Positions 25,190 to 42,924 of a stretch of 64,000 nucleotides of DNA are shown in pieces; positions within the stretch are counted from its first letter, which is position 1; each line of letters starts with the position of its first letter. Source of the DNA: the human T2T-CHM13v2.0 reference genome, Homo sapiens; NCBI RefSeq assembly GCF_009914755.1, contig NC_060933.1; one strand, 5' to 3'. The translations under genes and the position numbers were made by a program. Under the pieces are notes generated by a model that made no database searches, had not been told where the DNA came from, and saw only the letters and a list, made by a program, of their open reading frames with translations.

Positions 25190-26050
25190 TCTGTCTGTCT
25201 TAATTCCTGGCACTTCAATCATATCTATCCTAAGTTTCCATAATTTAGAAACCTCAATGTTTCTCTTCCTCTATGTAAAACAGGTCACTAAGTTGAGTTG
25301 ATTCTACCCCTGAAAGCTCCGGAAGATGCTTTTACCTCTCCAAACCCATTGGCCACTGCTCTACTTAGCCTCTCATCATCTCCTTTATGGGTTGTTGCAA
25401 CTGACCTCTGATGAGTCTGATCTCTGTGCTGTGGTTCTCCCTTTCTTCCAATCCATTCTTTGCATTTTTAAAAACGATTTTGCAAAACTGATTATGCTCC
25501 TCTGCTTGATTAAAATCTGAGTGAATTCCCTTAAGGCCAAATTCCATCCCCTAAGGGTTTTAGTCAAAGACTTTTGCAATCTGATTCCAATGTAACAAAT
25601 ATGTATGTGTGTATACAAATTGGAATCAGATTGTGAAGTTATTTAAATGTACATATGTACCTATGTATATGTGTGTGTGTATAAAATCTAGTTTAAGTTT
25701 TTCTTCTTCTTACCACATTATCTATGTGCTAATCGTAGTAGAGAATCCAAAATTCTTTAAGTAAAATGTGTACTTTCAAACCTCCATGCCTTTGCTCTTG
25801 CTGTATCCCACTTTAGAAAGTCCTTATTCCCATGACCAATATTCTATTTATGCACTATGATCAAGCTCAAGTATTGTCTTCTTTGTGAAACCTTTCTTGA
25901 GCATCCTTCTTAATTCCCTGTCCAACTTTCTGCTCTAACGTGAGATTAATCTCCGTGCTATAGAACGGACTTGAGCATTGCATTTAGAATGGCTTCAGTC
26001 ATTACATTTCTGCCTATACTAAAAATATGGACTCTCCTGAAGGAAGGTAA
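25190..26050 (+). mobile_element. Highly diverged L2 fragments
   Basis: L2-like motifs (ccactgctctacttagcctctcatcatctcc; ccatgcctttgctcttgctgt; tcttctttgtgaaacctttc). Boundaries approximate. Confidence 0.55.
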
Positions 26051-26712
26051 TAACCAAGGTTTTTTCACAAGGCTTGGTCCATGATCTTACTAACCTAAGT
26101 CCATTCGATGCTGTCTGGTGTCTTCTCATTTGAACTTGTTACATCCTATCATTCTCAGAACTCTGGAGGTTAACCACGTCTGGACAAGGCCATTCCAAAG
26201 CTGGAGAGGGAAATGTTACAGTAATGCAGCCTCTTTGCATAATCATTCAGTTTCTATTGATTCCTTACTCCTTAGACTTCTATTCTTGATTTTTTGACCC
26301 TATGCCTGACCTAACTTCAGGTAGCTGAGCCTGTGCTGTTAGCCACCTGCCTGGTTATTTTCTCCTGTCAATTAGCTGCCAGCTGAATCCCTGGGTGCTG
26401 GATGCCTGCCATCTGTACCTGTCATCATCTCTGGCCATTTGCCAAGTTCCTCTCCTTCTATGCCTCCATGGTCGCCTGAAATCCGTTACCTTGACTCTCT
26501 TTGTTCTGACCAGAGACCTCTATTCCAATCTTAGAAGACAAACTGATAATTTGTTACCTTTGAGGAGAGATATAAAGGCACTTATACTGAAAATATTTTA
26601 TGGATATCTCTTTTTTGGTTCAAAATGCAGAATATGACTGAGAAAACGACTCTGAACAGATAATTATGACAGGGACAAAAATGGGGAATGAGAAAATTCT
26701 GGAGTGTAGGGG

Positions 26713-27066
26713 TGATATGGTTTGGCTGTGTCCCCATCCAAATCTCAATTCGAATTGTATCTCCCAGAATTCGCACATGTTGTGGGAGGGACCCAGGGGG
26801 AAGTAATTGAATCATGGGAGCTGGTCTTTCCCATGCTATTCTCATGGTTGTTGTTAAGTCTCATGAGATCTGATGGTTTTATCAGGGGTTTCTGCTTTTG
26901 CTTCTTCCTCATTTTCTCTTGCTGCTGCTATGTAAGAAGTGCCTTTTGCCTCCTACCATGATTCTGAGGCCTCCCCAGCCATGTGGAACTGTAAGTCCAA
27001 TTAAATCTCTTTTTCTTCCCAGTCTCAGATATGTCTGTGTCAGCAGCATGAAAATGGACTAATACA
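26713..27066 (+). mobile_element. THE1A-like solo LTR
   Basis: tgatatggtttggctgtgtcccc...ggactaataca; perfect 5-bp TSD agggg 26708-26712 / 27067-27071. Confidence 0.93.
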
Positions 27067-27889
27067 AGGGGGATCCCCATAGGAAGGTCTGCATGATACA
27101 TGACAGTCATAGGATGTCTAGGGATGAGGCACCATTGATGGTGAAGAGACTTCAGGCCTGTACTGATTGCTATGCTGTAATTGTGCAGCATAAACTAAGG
27201 CTCTCTTACAGTTGAGGCAGATACACAATATACTAGTAGCAGATATATTCAAACTTTGGATTTGGGTGCATTAGATTTGGGAGTAGGTCTGATAATTTAA
27301 ATACATAGGGAAAGCTCCATGTGTCTCTTTGTGTACATGATACATTCCAGGACCTGGCATTCAAGATGTATTATTGAAAAAAATCATAAAAGTTCCTTGG
27401 AATGTTCTGTTTTGTAGAAAACCTCACATTTAATTATATCAAATCATACCATATAATTTACTTTTTATTGTTGTTTAAGGTGGGACAAATGCTCTTCTTT
27501 CTCACTGGTAGAACTATGCATTCAGAGATTTACAATGCAATAATGTGGCTTAAGTAGACATGGTTTGGGTATAATAGGTATCCAGAAATACTGTGCTGTC
27601 AAGAAAGGAGTGGGATCTGTTTACCAAGGTATGCAATAGGGGCTGGAGAAGTTATCCAGTGATAGAGGCTTGGCCTGAAACAAGCAGCTAGGCTGCTCAA
27701 ACACAATATGCTCAAGTCTCATCCTGGAAGGAAAAGGTTCCAGGTAATCCAAAATCAATATTCAGATGCCAGAGTATCCACTGCCAAGTGGTGACTGTTT
27801 TGGGAGCTCCTCCCATACTCATATGGAGACATTAGAGATAAATTCATTCTTAGGGAAGAGCTGGAAAGAACTAGAATCCAAGAGGAATT

Positions 27890-28105
27890 ATAGTACAGTG
27901 GAAGGAATATTACTTATTAACAGCAATGTGAATTTGCTTAAGTTTTAAAAATTCTCTAAGCTTTAGTTTTCTTTTGTATAAAACAGTGATAAAGCATCTA
28001 ATGATACTGTTGAGAGCTAAAGGTGTAATACATGATAAGATATTAAATATATGAAGAGCTTTGCATAGTGCCTTGCTATTAGATGTGCTCACTAAGTCAT
28101 TCACT
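27890..28105 (+). mobile_element. MIR fragment
   Basis: ctctaagctttagttttcttttgtataaaa...agctttgcatagtgcc...gtgctcactaag resembles the MIR core and 3' part. Confidence 0.55.
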
Positions 28106-28130
28106 GCCTAGCCATCCTCAAATCTTTTTT

Positions 28131-28730
28131 ATTCGATTTAATTTTTATGGATATAAATAGTTGTATATATTATTGGGCTAATGTGATATTTTGATACGAG
28201 CATACAATGTGTACTAATTAAATCTGGTAATTGGAATATCTATTGCCTCAAACATTTATCATTTCTTTGTGTTGGGTACATTCCAGATCTTCTCTTCTAG
28301 CTATTTTGAAATACACAATAAGATATTGTTAGCTATAGTCACCCTGTTGGGCTACTGAACACTAGATCTTATTCCTTCTAACCGTATTTTTGTACCCAGT
28401 AACCAATCTCTCCTTATCCTCCCTTCTCCTCTACCCTTCCTGGCCTCTAGTAACCACCGTTCTACTCTATACCTCCGTGAGATCCACTATTTTAGCTTTC
28501 ACATATGAGTGAGAACATGCGATGTTTGTCTTATTTCACTTAACGTAATGTCCTCCAGTTCCATCCATGCTATCGCAAATGACATTTCATTATTTTTTTT
28601 ATGATGGAATAGAATTCCATTGTGTATATAGACCATGTTTTCTTTATCTATTTGTCTGCTGATGGACACAGGTTGATCCCATATCTTGGCTATTGTGAAT
28701 AATGCTGCAGTTAATGTGGAAGTGCGAATA
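28131..28730 (-). mobile_element. 5'-truncated L1MA (L1MA4-6-like) 3' end
   Basis: L1MA 3'UTR; TSD cctcaaatctttttt 28116-28130 / cctcaagtctctttt 28731-28745. Confidence 0.85.
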
Positions 28731-29743
28731 CCTCAAGTCTCTTTTTTAATCCCGGAAATCAAAGTCACCTTCATTTAATAGGTGACTTTGATTTCCAGCC
28801 AAAAATAATAGAAATGCGGGCAGAGCTCCAGTCCTGAAGGGGGTTGTGCCAGGGTAATAAGTCAGATGGATGAGACAAAAGTGGTGGTGGGGGGGATAAG
28901 CTGCTCAAAGCTCTTTCATAATCCACTGGTTTCTGTTTCTGCTCAGTAAAATGAAGGAATCAGAAAATACTTGAACATAAAAAGACAATTTGTATTAGTT
29001 ACTGATGCCAAATGTGCACAGAAGCTGGTCTTAATAAATATGACAATAGTAAAAAAATGCCTGAGTCGTTCTTTGATGTTATGCTTCTGAGCCCCAGAAT
29101 GACAAGAAGCATCATTTTTTTAATACTCCAAAAATAATGTTGCCTTGTCTTTTTTTTTTCCTGAGGAATGCTAAAGCAATGTTTTTCCTGCCTGATGCTA
29201 TTTTATTATTAAAAAACCTTGATGTCCCATTAACTTCTATATGAATGATGAAACTGTGTAAATCTCTCTAGTGGCCAGACTAAACTCAAGGAAGCCACTT
29301 AAAATCATGTGCTAACCAAAGAATGCCTTCCTTTATTACTCTGCCAGTGTTCTTACGTGGCATGAGAAAAGCAGCCTGTGATGGGGTGAGCTCTGGGGGA
29401 AGATAACAGGGTTGAGCACAGAGATAAATGGGTACTCCCCGGTGCTGTGGAGGCAGCTTCCGTGGGGATTATCAGCTATCTGTGCAAACGTGATTTCAGA
29501 TCATAATGCATTCATGGTAATTCTGCCTATTGCTATGCAACAAGGCTGATTTCCCCCATATAAATGAAAGCAGGAATTAAGAAATTTAGTATCAGTGATT
29601 TGTAAAGCAGTATATTTCAGAGATTCTGTTGAATACTTTATTAGAAAGAGCTACACAATGAAATATGAGTGAGGTTTCGAAAGTTCCCACTTGCTTATTC
29701 TATAAGGCATAATCAGGTGACTGAAGCATTTAGGGAAAAAGTG

Positions 29744-30086
29744 AGAGGATTGATTTAAATATGGCTTGCAGGCCAAATCTGGTTCACTTCCTGTTTTTGT
29801 ATGACCTGTGAGATAAGAGAATTTTATTTTTACATTTTTGTAAAATTTTTACATTTTTGAAAAAAAATCAGAAAGAAGACTACTTTGTGACACCTGTTAA
29901 TTATATAAAATTTAAATTTCAGTGTTAATAAATGAAGTTTTATTGCAACACAGTGCCATTAATTCATTTACATAGTCTATGGCTGTTTTTGTGCTAAAAT
30001 GACAAAACTGAGTCATGGCAACATGGTGTATAAAGGCTAAAATTTTTATTATCTGGCCTTTTGTAGAGCAAGTTCATTTTTCCTTC
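29744..30086. mobile_element. MER58B-like hAT-Charlie DNA transposon relic
   Basis: ggccaaatctgg...ctgtttttgtatg...aagttttattg...atctggccttttgtaga matches my recollection of MER58. Confidence 0.7.
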
Positions 30087-30549
30087 ATCTAAACTTTTAG
30101 CATAGCTAAAATAACATGACAAATCATAACTAGTTCACTTTCTTTGTAGCATAAAAATGTAAAGTTTTAGAATTTAAAGCACATTGGATGACAAAGATTG
30201 ACAAATTCCTGTACTAATCCGTTGAGAATATGTGAAATGTCAGTGTCTGACACATAGTAGGCATTTTAACTACTTATTACATGAATGAATGAAATGACTA
30301 TGACTTTTGAGGTAGATAACAGGCAAATGCTAAATATATATGGTTTTGGTAGTAGGAAGGACTTATCACTATGGCTTTGATCATGATGCAAACTAGATTA
30401 TGATATACATACAAGTCATGTATTTATATGTTGTCTATCTGAGATGACAATATATGCTAATATTTCCTTCTTGGAATACTGATGAAAACCAAGACTTGTT
30501 TATCCAAGCCCTGTAAAATAATGATGATCTTCTTATACTAAGAAACATC

Positions 30550-31100
30550 AAGGATCAATTTTATTTGTTTTGCAAGTAATGGACACATTATCAAACTAAA
30601 GGGCAATTAATCCTTTTCCTAAACCTACTGTATTGGAGAGGAATATATTCTGCTAAAACTAGTAGATGGTTAGTCTACTAGTTAGCCTGGCTAATGGAGG
30701 CTTAAACAAACAGGTGTTTATTTGCCTATTTATCTTTTTGACTCAATTATGCCATTTGGGACCTAAGCCTTTTCTAACTTTTCCCTCTACTGTCATTGGC
30801 ATATTGATATGTAATTTCATTGTTGTACTATAGCTGCTGTCAGCCCAGAAATCACACCTGTGTTCAGTGCAGGAAGCAAGTGTGGTGGGGTGGGTTGGGA
30901 TGGCTGATGGGGTTGTCTAAGCCTTATCAGAAAAAGCAAAAGTTCCTAAAAGCCCCCATCTGACTTCTGTTTATGTCCCAATGGCTAGAATTGTGTCATA
31001 TGGCCAATTGTAGCTTCAGGGATAGGCTGGGAATGTGTTTAAACTTTAGTGAAGGCAGGCAGGTGAAAGAGGAATGGCTATTGGGAGTATCTCTCACACC
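30550..31100 (-). mobile_element. Old MLT1 (MLT1K/L-like) LTR relic
   Basis: ggcttaaacaa..., gacttctgtttatgtcccaatggctagaattgtgtcatatggcc...ggctgggaatg. Boundaries approximate. Confidence 0.55.
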
Positions 31101-31909
31101 CACCCATAAATCTAGGTAACATTCTGCAGAAGCCTCTTTTTTTTTTGAAACAATTGCTCCAATCTTTTTGTTTGTTTAAGGGCCAAAGACAAAAGGAGAA
31201 ATGAGCGCAGCACCATTCAGCAGGCATTTGCTGAGTTAGATACCAGTGATAGCTATTTCAGAGAATATTGTTCATGTTCATTTTCTAGATTATCCCAAAA
31301 CATCATGTTTTCTATATTGTACAAGCAGAGTTAATAGTTATACACATTTGGAGAGGAAAGAGGCATTTAATCATCTTTGTGACTTCTGCAAAGCAATTAA
31401 ACATTTTTGTGCAGAAACATTTCACATTAAACTGGGACTGGGTGTGAAAAATGTTCATCTGTCTCCATTTTAATCCTTATTCTACAATAAAAATGCAAAT
31501 CAGAGCATGTTGGAGCAAGAAGGAGGGTCTTCACAGGCCGTTTAGTCCAAAGCCCTGATCTGTGATTTAAAATGGGCCTCATTGTGCCAGCCCTGTGTGC
31601 ATTTGTCTATGTCTTACCCAGGATGACAGGGCAGAGCTGCCTGCTTTATTACTGCAGCCTTAATGACTTCCCTGATTTGATATCCAATCTACAGGTCCCT
31701 ACTTTTCCTTTTCTGATTGCCTTTGAATGTACAGCAGGTGGAAACTTATGGACTCAGTGCCAAATATTCTTTCTGTTTTCATTGCTCCTGTTTCCTTTTG
31801 AATGGTAGGTGATTTAATCATGTCCAAATGCAAGTCCTACTGTTGCTCTGGAATCAGTTTTGAGGGGAAGTCTTTCTGTGGTACTCCTGATCTGATTTGC
31901 AGGAAATCA

Positions 31910-32500
31910 CAGATGCTGAAGAAATTTAAGAGATCATCCAGTCCAACCTGATTTTTTGGATGAGAGCAGTGAATCCAAGAAAGTTTAAGTAAAGTGTTCA
32001 GGGTTACACAGCTATTTAGTGCCAAAATAGAAATTTGGTTTGGACAAACATCACAAGTTCTCATTTATCTGTGGGAGCTAGAAATTAAAACAATTGAACT
32101 CATGGAGATGGAGAGTAGAAGTATTGCTACCATAGGATAGGAAGGGTCGTCAGGGGTGGGGGTGTTGGGGGGAAGGGGGAATGGTTAATGGGTACAGAAA
32201 CACTTAGAATAAATAAGACCTAGTATTTGCTAGCACAACAGGGTGACTATAGTAAAAAATAATTTAATCATTCATTTAAAAATAACTGAGAGTATAATTG
32301 GGTTGTTTGAAACGCTAAGGGTAAATGCTTGACGTAATGGATACTCTGGTTACCCTGATGTGATTATTATGCATTGCATGCCTATATCCAAAAATCTCAT
32401 GTATCCAATAAATGTATACACCTACTATATACCCACAAAAATTAAAAATAAAAAAATTTGGTTCTAACTTCTAACCCAATATTCTTTTCATTATACCACG
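31910..32500 (-). mobile_element. MIR fragment (31910-32040 and 32464-32500) interrupted by an L1MA
   Basis: gagatcatccagtccaacc...gttacacagcta...; resumes ctaacttctaacccaatattcttttcattatacc. Confidence 0.6.
32041..32453 (+). mobile_element. 5'-truncated L1MA2/3-like 3' end
   Basis: Ends tatacccacaaaaattaaaaataaaa; TSD aaatttggtt 32031-32040 / 32454-32463. Confidence 0.85.
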
Positions 32501-32740
32501 CCACAGAGAAGACTATATTGTCTAAGATTATACACAGGAGCAAAGGCAATATAAAACAAAACAAAAAGGGGATTCTGAGATTTGACACAGAGACGAAGAC
32601 CTATGCTCATGTCTTTAACCTGCCCTTTCAGAAAGGGCTTTATTGAAAGAACAAAATAATCTAACAAGATTTAGAAAAGAGCTTTATTTGGGGTATGCTT
32701 GCCATACAATAAACTGCACATATTTTAAGTATACGATTTC

Positions 32741-32744
<4 letters not shown>

Positions 32745-32780
<36 letters not shown>
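32745..32780. repeat. (AC)18 microsatellite, within an old L1M 3' fragment (~32675-32825)
   Basis: Direct reading. Confidence 0.95.
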
Positions 32781-32784
<4 letters not shown>

Positions 32785-32879
32785 AATGAAACAATAGCTA
32801 CAGTCAACATAATAAACATATCATATAGTGGGTCTTTTTAATGGGTTCTCTGTTGTAAAAAAACTAGAAATCTGAAGTT

Positions 32880-37675
<4,796 letters not shown>

Positions 37676-37689
37676 AAGCACTGTTAAGA

Positions 37690-38300
37690 TTTATCTTTCT
37701 CAATTTGATGATGACATGTCTTGGTGTAATTTTGTTCACATTTATTTTCCTTGGAGTTAATTGAGTTTCTTGAATCTGTGGGTTGACAATTTTCACCAAA
37801 CTTAGGAAAATTTCAGCTATAAAATTTTCAAAAATTTTTCATCTTTTTAATCCCTCTCCTTTTTAGGGCCTCTGAAGACACATATTATTACACTTGTATT
37901 TGTTTCACAGCTCCCTGATACTATATTATTTTAAAAATTCTCTTTTCTCTTTTTTTATTATTTCTATTGTTGCATCTTTAAGTTTGCTAATCGTTTATTC
38001 TTCAATTTCTTTTCTGTCATTAATCCCATCAGTGTATTTTCATTTTATGCACTGTAGTTATAATATCTAGAAATGCAATTTGGATCTTTCAAATATTTTC
38101 TGTGTCTCTGCAAATTAATTTGAATGTATAAATTACAACAATGAGTCTTTCAATGTTCTTGTCTACTACTAATAACATTTGTGTCAGTTCTAATACATTC
38201 TTCTCCTCACTATGCATTCTACTTTTCTGGTTTCTTTTTTCAGGCATGGTAATCTTTGGTTGGATGGCAGACATAGTGAATTTTACTTTTTGGATGCTGG
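37690..38300 (-). mobile_element. Ancient L1M (L1ME-like) ORF1-region fragment
   Basis: tttgatgatgacatgtcttggtgt...ttcttgaatctgtgggttg...ggaaaatttcagcta is typical of old L1 ORF1 antisense. Boundaries approximate. Confidence 0.55.
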
Positions 38301-38859
38301 ATTTGCCGAAGTGTACTGGTTAAAGAAGCAATGAAACCATCAAAACTTAAATATCATTTAAATGCAGAAGTTAAAGAAGTTTAAAATCAAAATTATTTTT
38401 CTGAAAAACTGAACAAATAAAGCTAAGAAAGCATTTTTCATTGAAACTTGATGAATGTACATGTTAGTAATTTTGATTAGTATTAAATCAGTATTTTCCT
38501 TTGGGACTAGTGACATGTGCATTCATCAAGTATATGTGTAATTTGAACATGATGGTGATATGAAGAATTACAGCATTTTTTAGCCTAATTGCCATCAAAC
38601 ATAATGAGCTCTGAAATGTATAAAACTATGGAGAATTACATCATCAACGAATGTGGTTTGGAGTTTTAAGTTTTGCATGGGAGTATTTTTTGACTGTGCA
38701 GCTGCAATGACAGAAAAATATTCTGAGTAGTTACTTAAGTATGAATTTATATATTATGTATGTATATATTTTTTCAAACATGGTGACATCACACTATATC
38801 TACAGTTTTTAGCCTGCATTACTTACAAGATAATAGCCATTTACTAATATAATGCTGGT

Positions 38860-39600
38860 ATCTTTCTCTGTCATCACAATTTATAAAGATTGGATAATAT
38901 CCCATTGTAGGTTCTATTTAACTAGTTTTGCACTGAAAAACAAGTCTCAATTATTTACTTTCTTTACTTATTTGAGACAGCCCTATAATGAGCGTCCAAA
39001 TAGACACGCATGCACGTGCACATGTGCATCCACCCACACATGCATTCATATATATTATTGCATTCTTGTCCATTTTTTTCCTTAGGTTAAATTCTTGTTA
39101 AGATGAAAGGATGATGCCAAAGAACACAATACATATTGCCAAATGTGCCTGCACACCCTCTCAAACTATGGGCAAATACAATTTAATCTTAATTGTTTAC
39201 AAGCAAAATTGATTGCTTGTAGTCATAATGTGTACAACCTTCACTAATAAGAATGTTGCTTGCTTTTCATGTTTATTAACCCATTGTTTTCACTCTTTTG
39301 TGAGTTGTCTGATCATATGCTTTGCCCGTTTGTAAACTGGAGTCATTTCCCTTTTCATATTGTTTGTAAAAATTCTTAAATTATCTCTTGCTCATTTATA
39401 TTACAAATCTTTTCCAAGTGTGCCATTTAAATTTTGCCTTTCTTATATTTTTGCCAATATTTAAATGTTGATATTAAATCAGTTTTTCTTTTTGATTTCT
39501 TTGTTATCATGCTTAGAAATATCTCTGCTATTCAAAATATTCAAAATTTTGCATATATTTATTAGTTTTTAGCATTTTAATTTTATATTTAAGTTTTAAC
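38860..39600 (-). mobile_element. Ancient L1ME ORF2/3' fragment (continues at ~40474-40590)
   Basis: Degenerate L1 ORF2 antisense motifs (ttgtgagttgtctgatcatatgctttgccc; tcatgcttagaaa). Confidence 0.5.
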
Positions 39601-39636
39601 ACATCTGAAATGTAAAAAATGGAACACTTAAGATAT

Positions 39637-40026
39637 TATATTTATCAGCTAGCCAACATAACAAAGTGCCACAGGCTGGGCGGCTTAAACAGCAGTCATT
39701 TATTTTCTCATATCTGGAGACTGGAAGTCCAAGATCAAGGTGAGGTTGGGCCAGGCTTCTGGTGAGGCCTCTTTTCTTGGTTAATAGAGGGCTGCTTTCT
39801 TGCTGTGTCCTCACATGGCCTTTCTTTTGTGCTCGCTCAGAGAGGCAGAGGTTTCTAATATTTCTTCCTTTTATAAAGACACCAGTTCTATTGGATTCGA
39901 GCCTACCCTTATGACTTCATTTAACCTTTATGACTTTTTCATACGCCCTATCTCCAAATATAGTCATAGTGGGAGTTAAGGCTTTGACCTGTGAATATTT
40001 CAAGGAGCAAGATTGAGGCCATAACA
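39637..40026 (-). mobile_element. MLT1A-family solo LTR
   Basis: ataacaaagtgccacaggctgggcggcttaaac...ggaagtccaagatcaagg...ccataaca; TSD gatat / gacat. Confidence 0.85.
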
Positions 40027-40039
40027 GACATCCATTTTA

Positions 40040-40455
40040 TTTATTTATTTATTTAATAATTTTTTTTAATTTCCATAGGTTTTTGGGGAACAGGTGGTAT
40101 TTGGTTACATGAGTAAGTTCTTTAGGGGTGATTGGTGAGATTTTGGTGCACCCAACACCTGAGCAGTTACACTGAACCCAGTTTGTAGTCTTTTATCCCT
40201 CATCCCCCTTCCATCCTTTCCCCCAAGTTCCTAAAGTCCGTTGTATCATTTTTATGCCTTTGCATCCTTATAGTTTAGCTTCCACTTATAAGTGAGAGTG
40301 TATGATATTTGGTTTTCCATTCCTGAGTTACTTCACTTAGAATAATAGTCTCCAATTCCATCCAGGTTGTGTGAATGCCATTAACTCATTCCTTTATATA
40401 GCTGGATAGTATTCCATCATAAATATGTATACCACAGTTTCTTTATCCACTTGAG
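40040..40455 (-). mobile_element. 5'-truncated L1PB 3' end
   Basis: Same 3'UTR type as 3790-4170; 18-bp TSD taacagacatccatttta 40022-40039 / taacagacatctatttta 40456-40473. Confidence 0.9.
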
Positions 40456-40639
40456 TAACAGACATCTATTTTAAAAAATGGCTGGTCAGTTTTCCTGATA
40501 CTATTGATTGAATGATTCATCATTTCCCCCACTAATTTGAAATTACATTTTTATAATTTAATATATTCTTAATTAGGTTTTATGTAGTAAATATTCATTT
40601 GGGTTTACCTGCATATTTACCAATATATTTTCTTACCAT

Positions 40640-42195
40640 TTCTTCAGACTACCTGTAGTCATCTTTCTTCTGATGAAGTATATCCTTTAGAGGTTTTTTA
40701 TTATAATTTTCATTTTTAAAGGTAAAGCACAAGTTTTGTTATACGTAGGACTCCTTTGTTTTGAAAAGATTGTTCCACTGTCTTATTGTATTTGAGATTG
40801 GCAGTTATTTTCTCTTAGTACATTGTAATAATTATCTATATTTCACTACTTTCTGCATCCCATTGTTATTGAAGAGTCAGCTGTCAATCAATTGTCATTT
40901 CTTTGTTGGTGCTTTGCCCTTTCTTTCTGTCTGTATTTAATTTATTTTTTCCTTTTTATGTTCTGCAGCTTCACAGCAATGTGTCTGGGAGTGTATTATT
41001 CTGGAAGTGTCTGGGAGACTGGATATATTGGGGTTCTTGGATCTGAGAAATAGAGTCTTCTCAGATCAGTCACTGTTCTTTCAAATACTGCCTGTCTTAA
41101 ATGGAACTCTGATTGAACCTATATTAGACCTCTAGCTCAATCCTCCCTGGCTCTTAACCTTTTATTCATTATTTTCATCTTTTTTTTTCTTGAGTTCATG
41201 TTGGATAATTTTTAATATCTATTTTGTAGACCACTAGTTCTCTTTATAGCTGCATCTTGTTTGCTATTTTATTCCTCCATTGAGGTTTCGAGTTCATTTA
41301 TTTTAACATTCACTTCTATAACTCCATTTTGTTTCAACTCAGTATGCTTAATAATTTCTTATGGTCTCTTGTTTCTTTCTCACATTTTCAAGTTCCCCTG
41401 TTATCTTTAAAACTTTGTTGATATAATTATTTTATTTTCAGTGCCTGATAATTATATTACCGGTGGTCTTTGCAGACCTTTTCTGGGATCTACTTTTTGT
41501 TTCTTGCTCATAGTGCCTTTTTTTCCTTTGTGTGTTTTGTAATATTTTTATTGTGGACTCTTCATTTTCTTTGGAACTCTGAGTTCTGGATTGAAGTTGA
41601 GTTCCTCTAGATAGGATTAGCATTGGCTTTTGCCAGTTGCTTAGTGGAACTACCAACCTTGAGCAACTTCGAATTGTATTTTGATTGAGGACTCACACAG
41701 GTGGTGTGAATTGGGGCTGCAAACTTACGTGAGAACTAGCTTGTTACTAATTCTCAGGGATATTTTTCTCTCCACCTAGTGTCAAGGTAAAGACAGGCAA
41801 GATTTTGCTGTTTGTTTTTGTTCAGTGAGATTCATTTCTCATCTTGGACCTAGGACTCCTAGCTTTTATATGTAGTTTAAAAAAAGCTGGTTTACTCATT
41901 TTGAGGAAATCACAGGCTTTATCTCTTTGTGTTGGGATCTTCACGGCCTCAAAGTGTAAGCTTAAAGTCCTTAGGGCTCAACAGAAACCTTAGGATAAAA
42001 GCTAACTTTGGTGTTTGATTACTCTTGGGGTTCCTGCTTTCACTTTATTTTTGGGCTCTATGTATACTTTATTTCCTGTTCAGTTTTGCATTGCATTGAA
42101 TTTGTTCATTTCATAATTTTATCAATATGTTATTATTTCAAGCTTGAGGGCTATTCATTGACTCTTATCCACCATATTGCCATAAGTAGAAATCT
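40640..42195 (-). mobile_element. HAL1/L1ME-like ancient LINE relic (ORF1 and 5' region)
   Basis: gaagagtcagctgtcaatc..., cacacaggtggtgtgaattggggctgcaaac..., ccaccatattgcc resemble HAL1 as I recall it. Confidence 0.55.
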
Positions 42196-42580
42196 TGGTA
42201 ATTTATTTTCTCCTTAATCTTTTTTCCCTACGTTTTTGGCATTTACTTTGGCAATAAGAAAATTCCATGCAACTATACAGTAAGACATGATAACTTTTAA
42301 ATGGGAATATTTGACTCTTACAGAAATGACTTTCTATATAAACACAATTTTTTTCTTGAGCTAAATGCTTTCCAGTTTCCCTAGCACTCTTGGTACACTT
42401 GGCACAACACTGACATTTATATATTTATTTATTTCCAGGTTAACTTTCTATTTCTTTTTTGTAATATTAACAAATGCTTTTTAATTGAATATGGAAAGCC
42501 ACCCATTCTGTACTAGCTCAGTCCTTGATCATGTTCTCTTTCCCTTGCCACACAGTCATACTTAAAACATTAGTGCTAGC

Positions 42581-42924
42581 TGTTAGTCTGTTTGGGCTGC
42601 TATAACAAAATACCATAAACTGGGTGGCTTATAAATAAGATAAATTTATTTCTTACAGTTTTGGAGGCCGTAGGCATAGGTAGATTCTGTGTGTGTTGAG
42701 AACCCGTTTCTTGGTTCATAGACTGCATCTTTTTGATGTGTCCTTATGTGGCAGATGAGACAAAGGATCTCTCTTCGGCCTCTTCTATAAGAGCGCTAAT
42801 TGCATTCATGGGGTCTCTGTTCCCATGACCTAATCACCTCCCAAGGGCTCCACCTCCTAATACCTTGGGGGATAGGATTTCAACATATGAACTTTAGTGG
42901 AACACAAATATTCAGTCTACAGCA
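42581..42924 (-). mobile_element. MLT1A-family solo LTR
   Basis: tgttagtctgtttgggctgctataacaaaatacc...atgacctaatcacctccc...cagca; TSD ctagc / ctagt. Confidence 0.85.

Noticed and set aside
32150-32182. G-quadruplex motif (also 51125-51147 and 59994-60016)
   Set aside because: Standard G-rich tract of L1 3'UTRs; not locus-specific.
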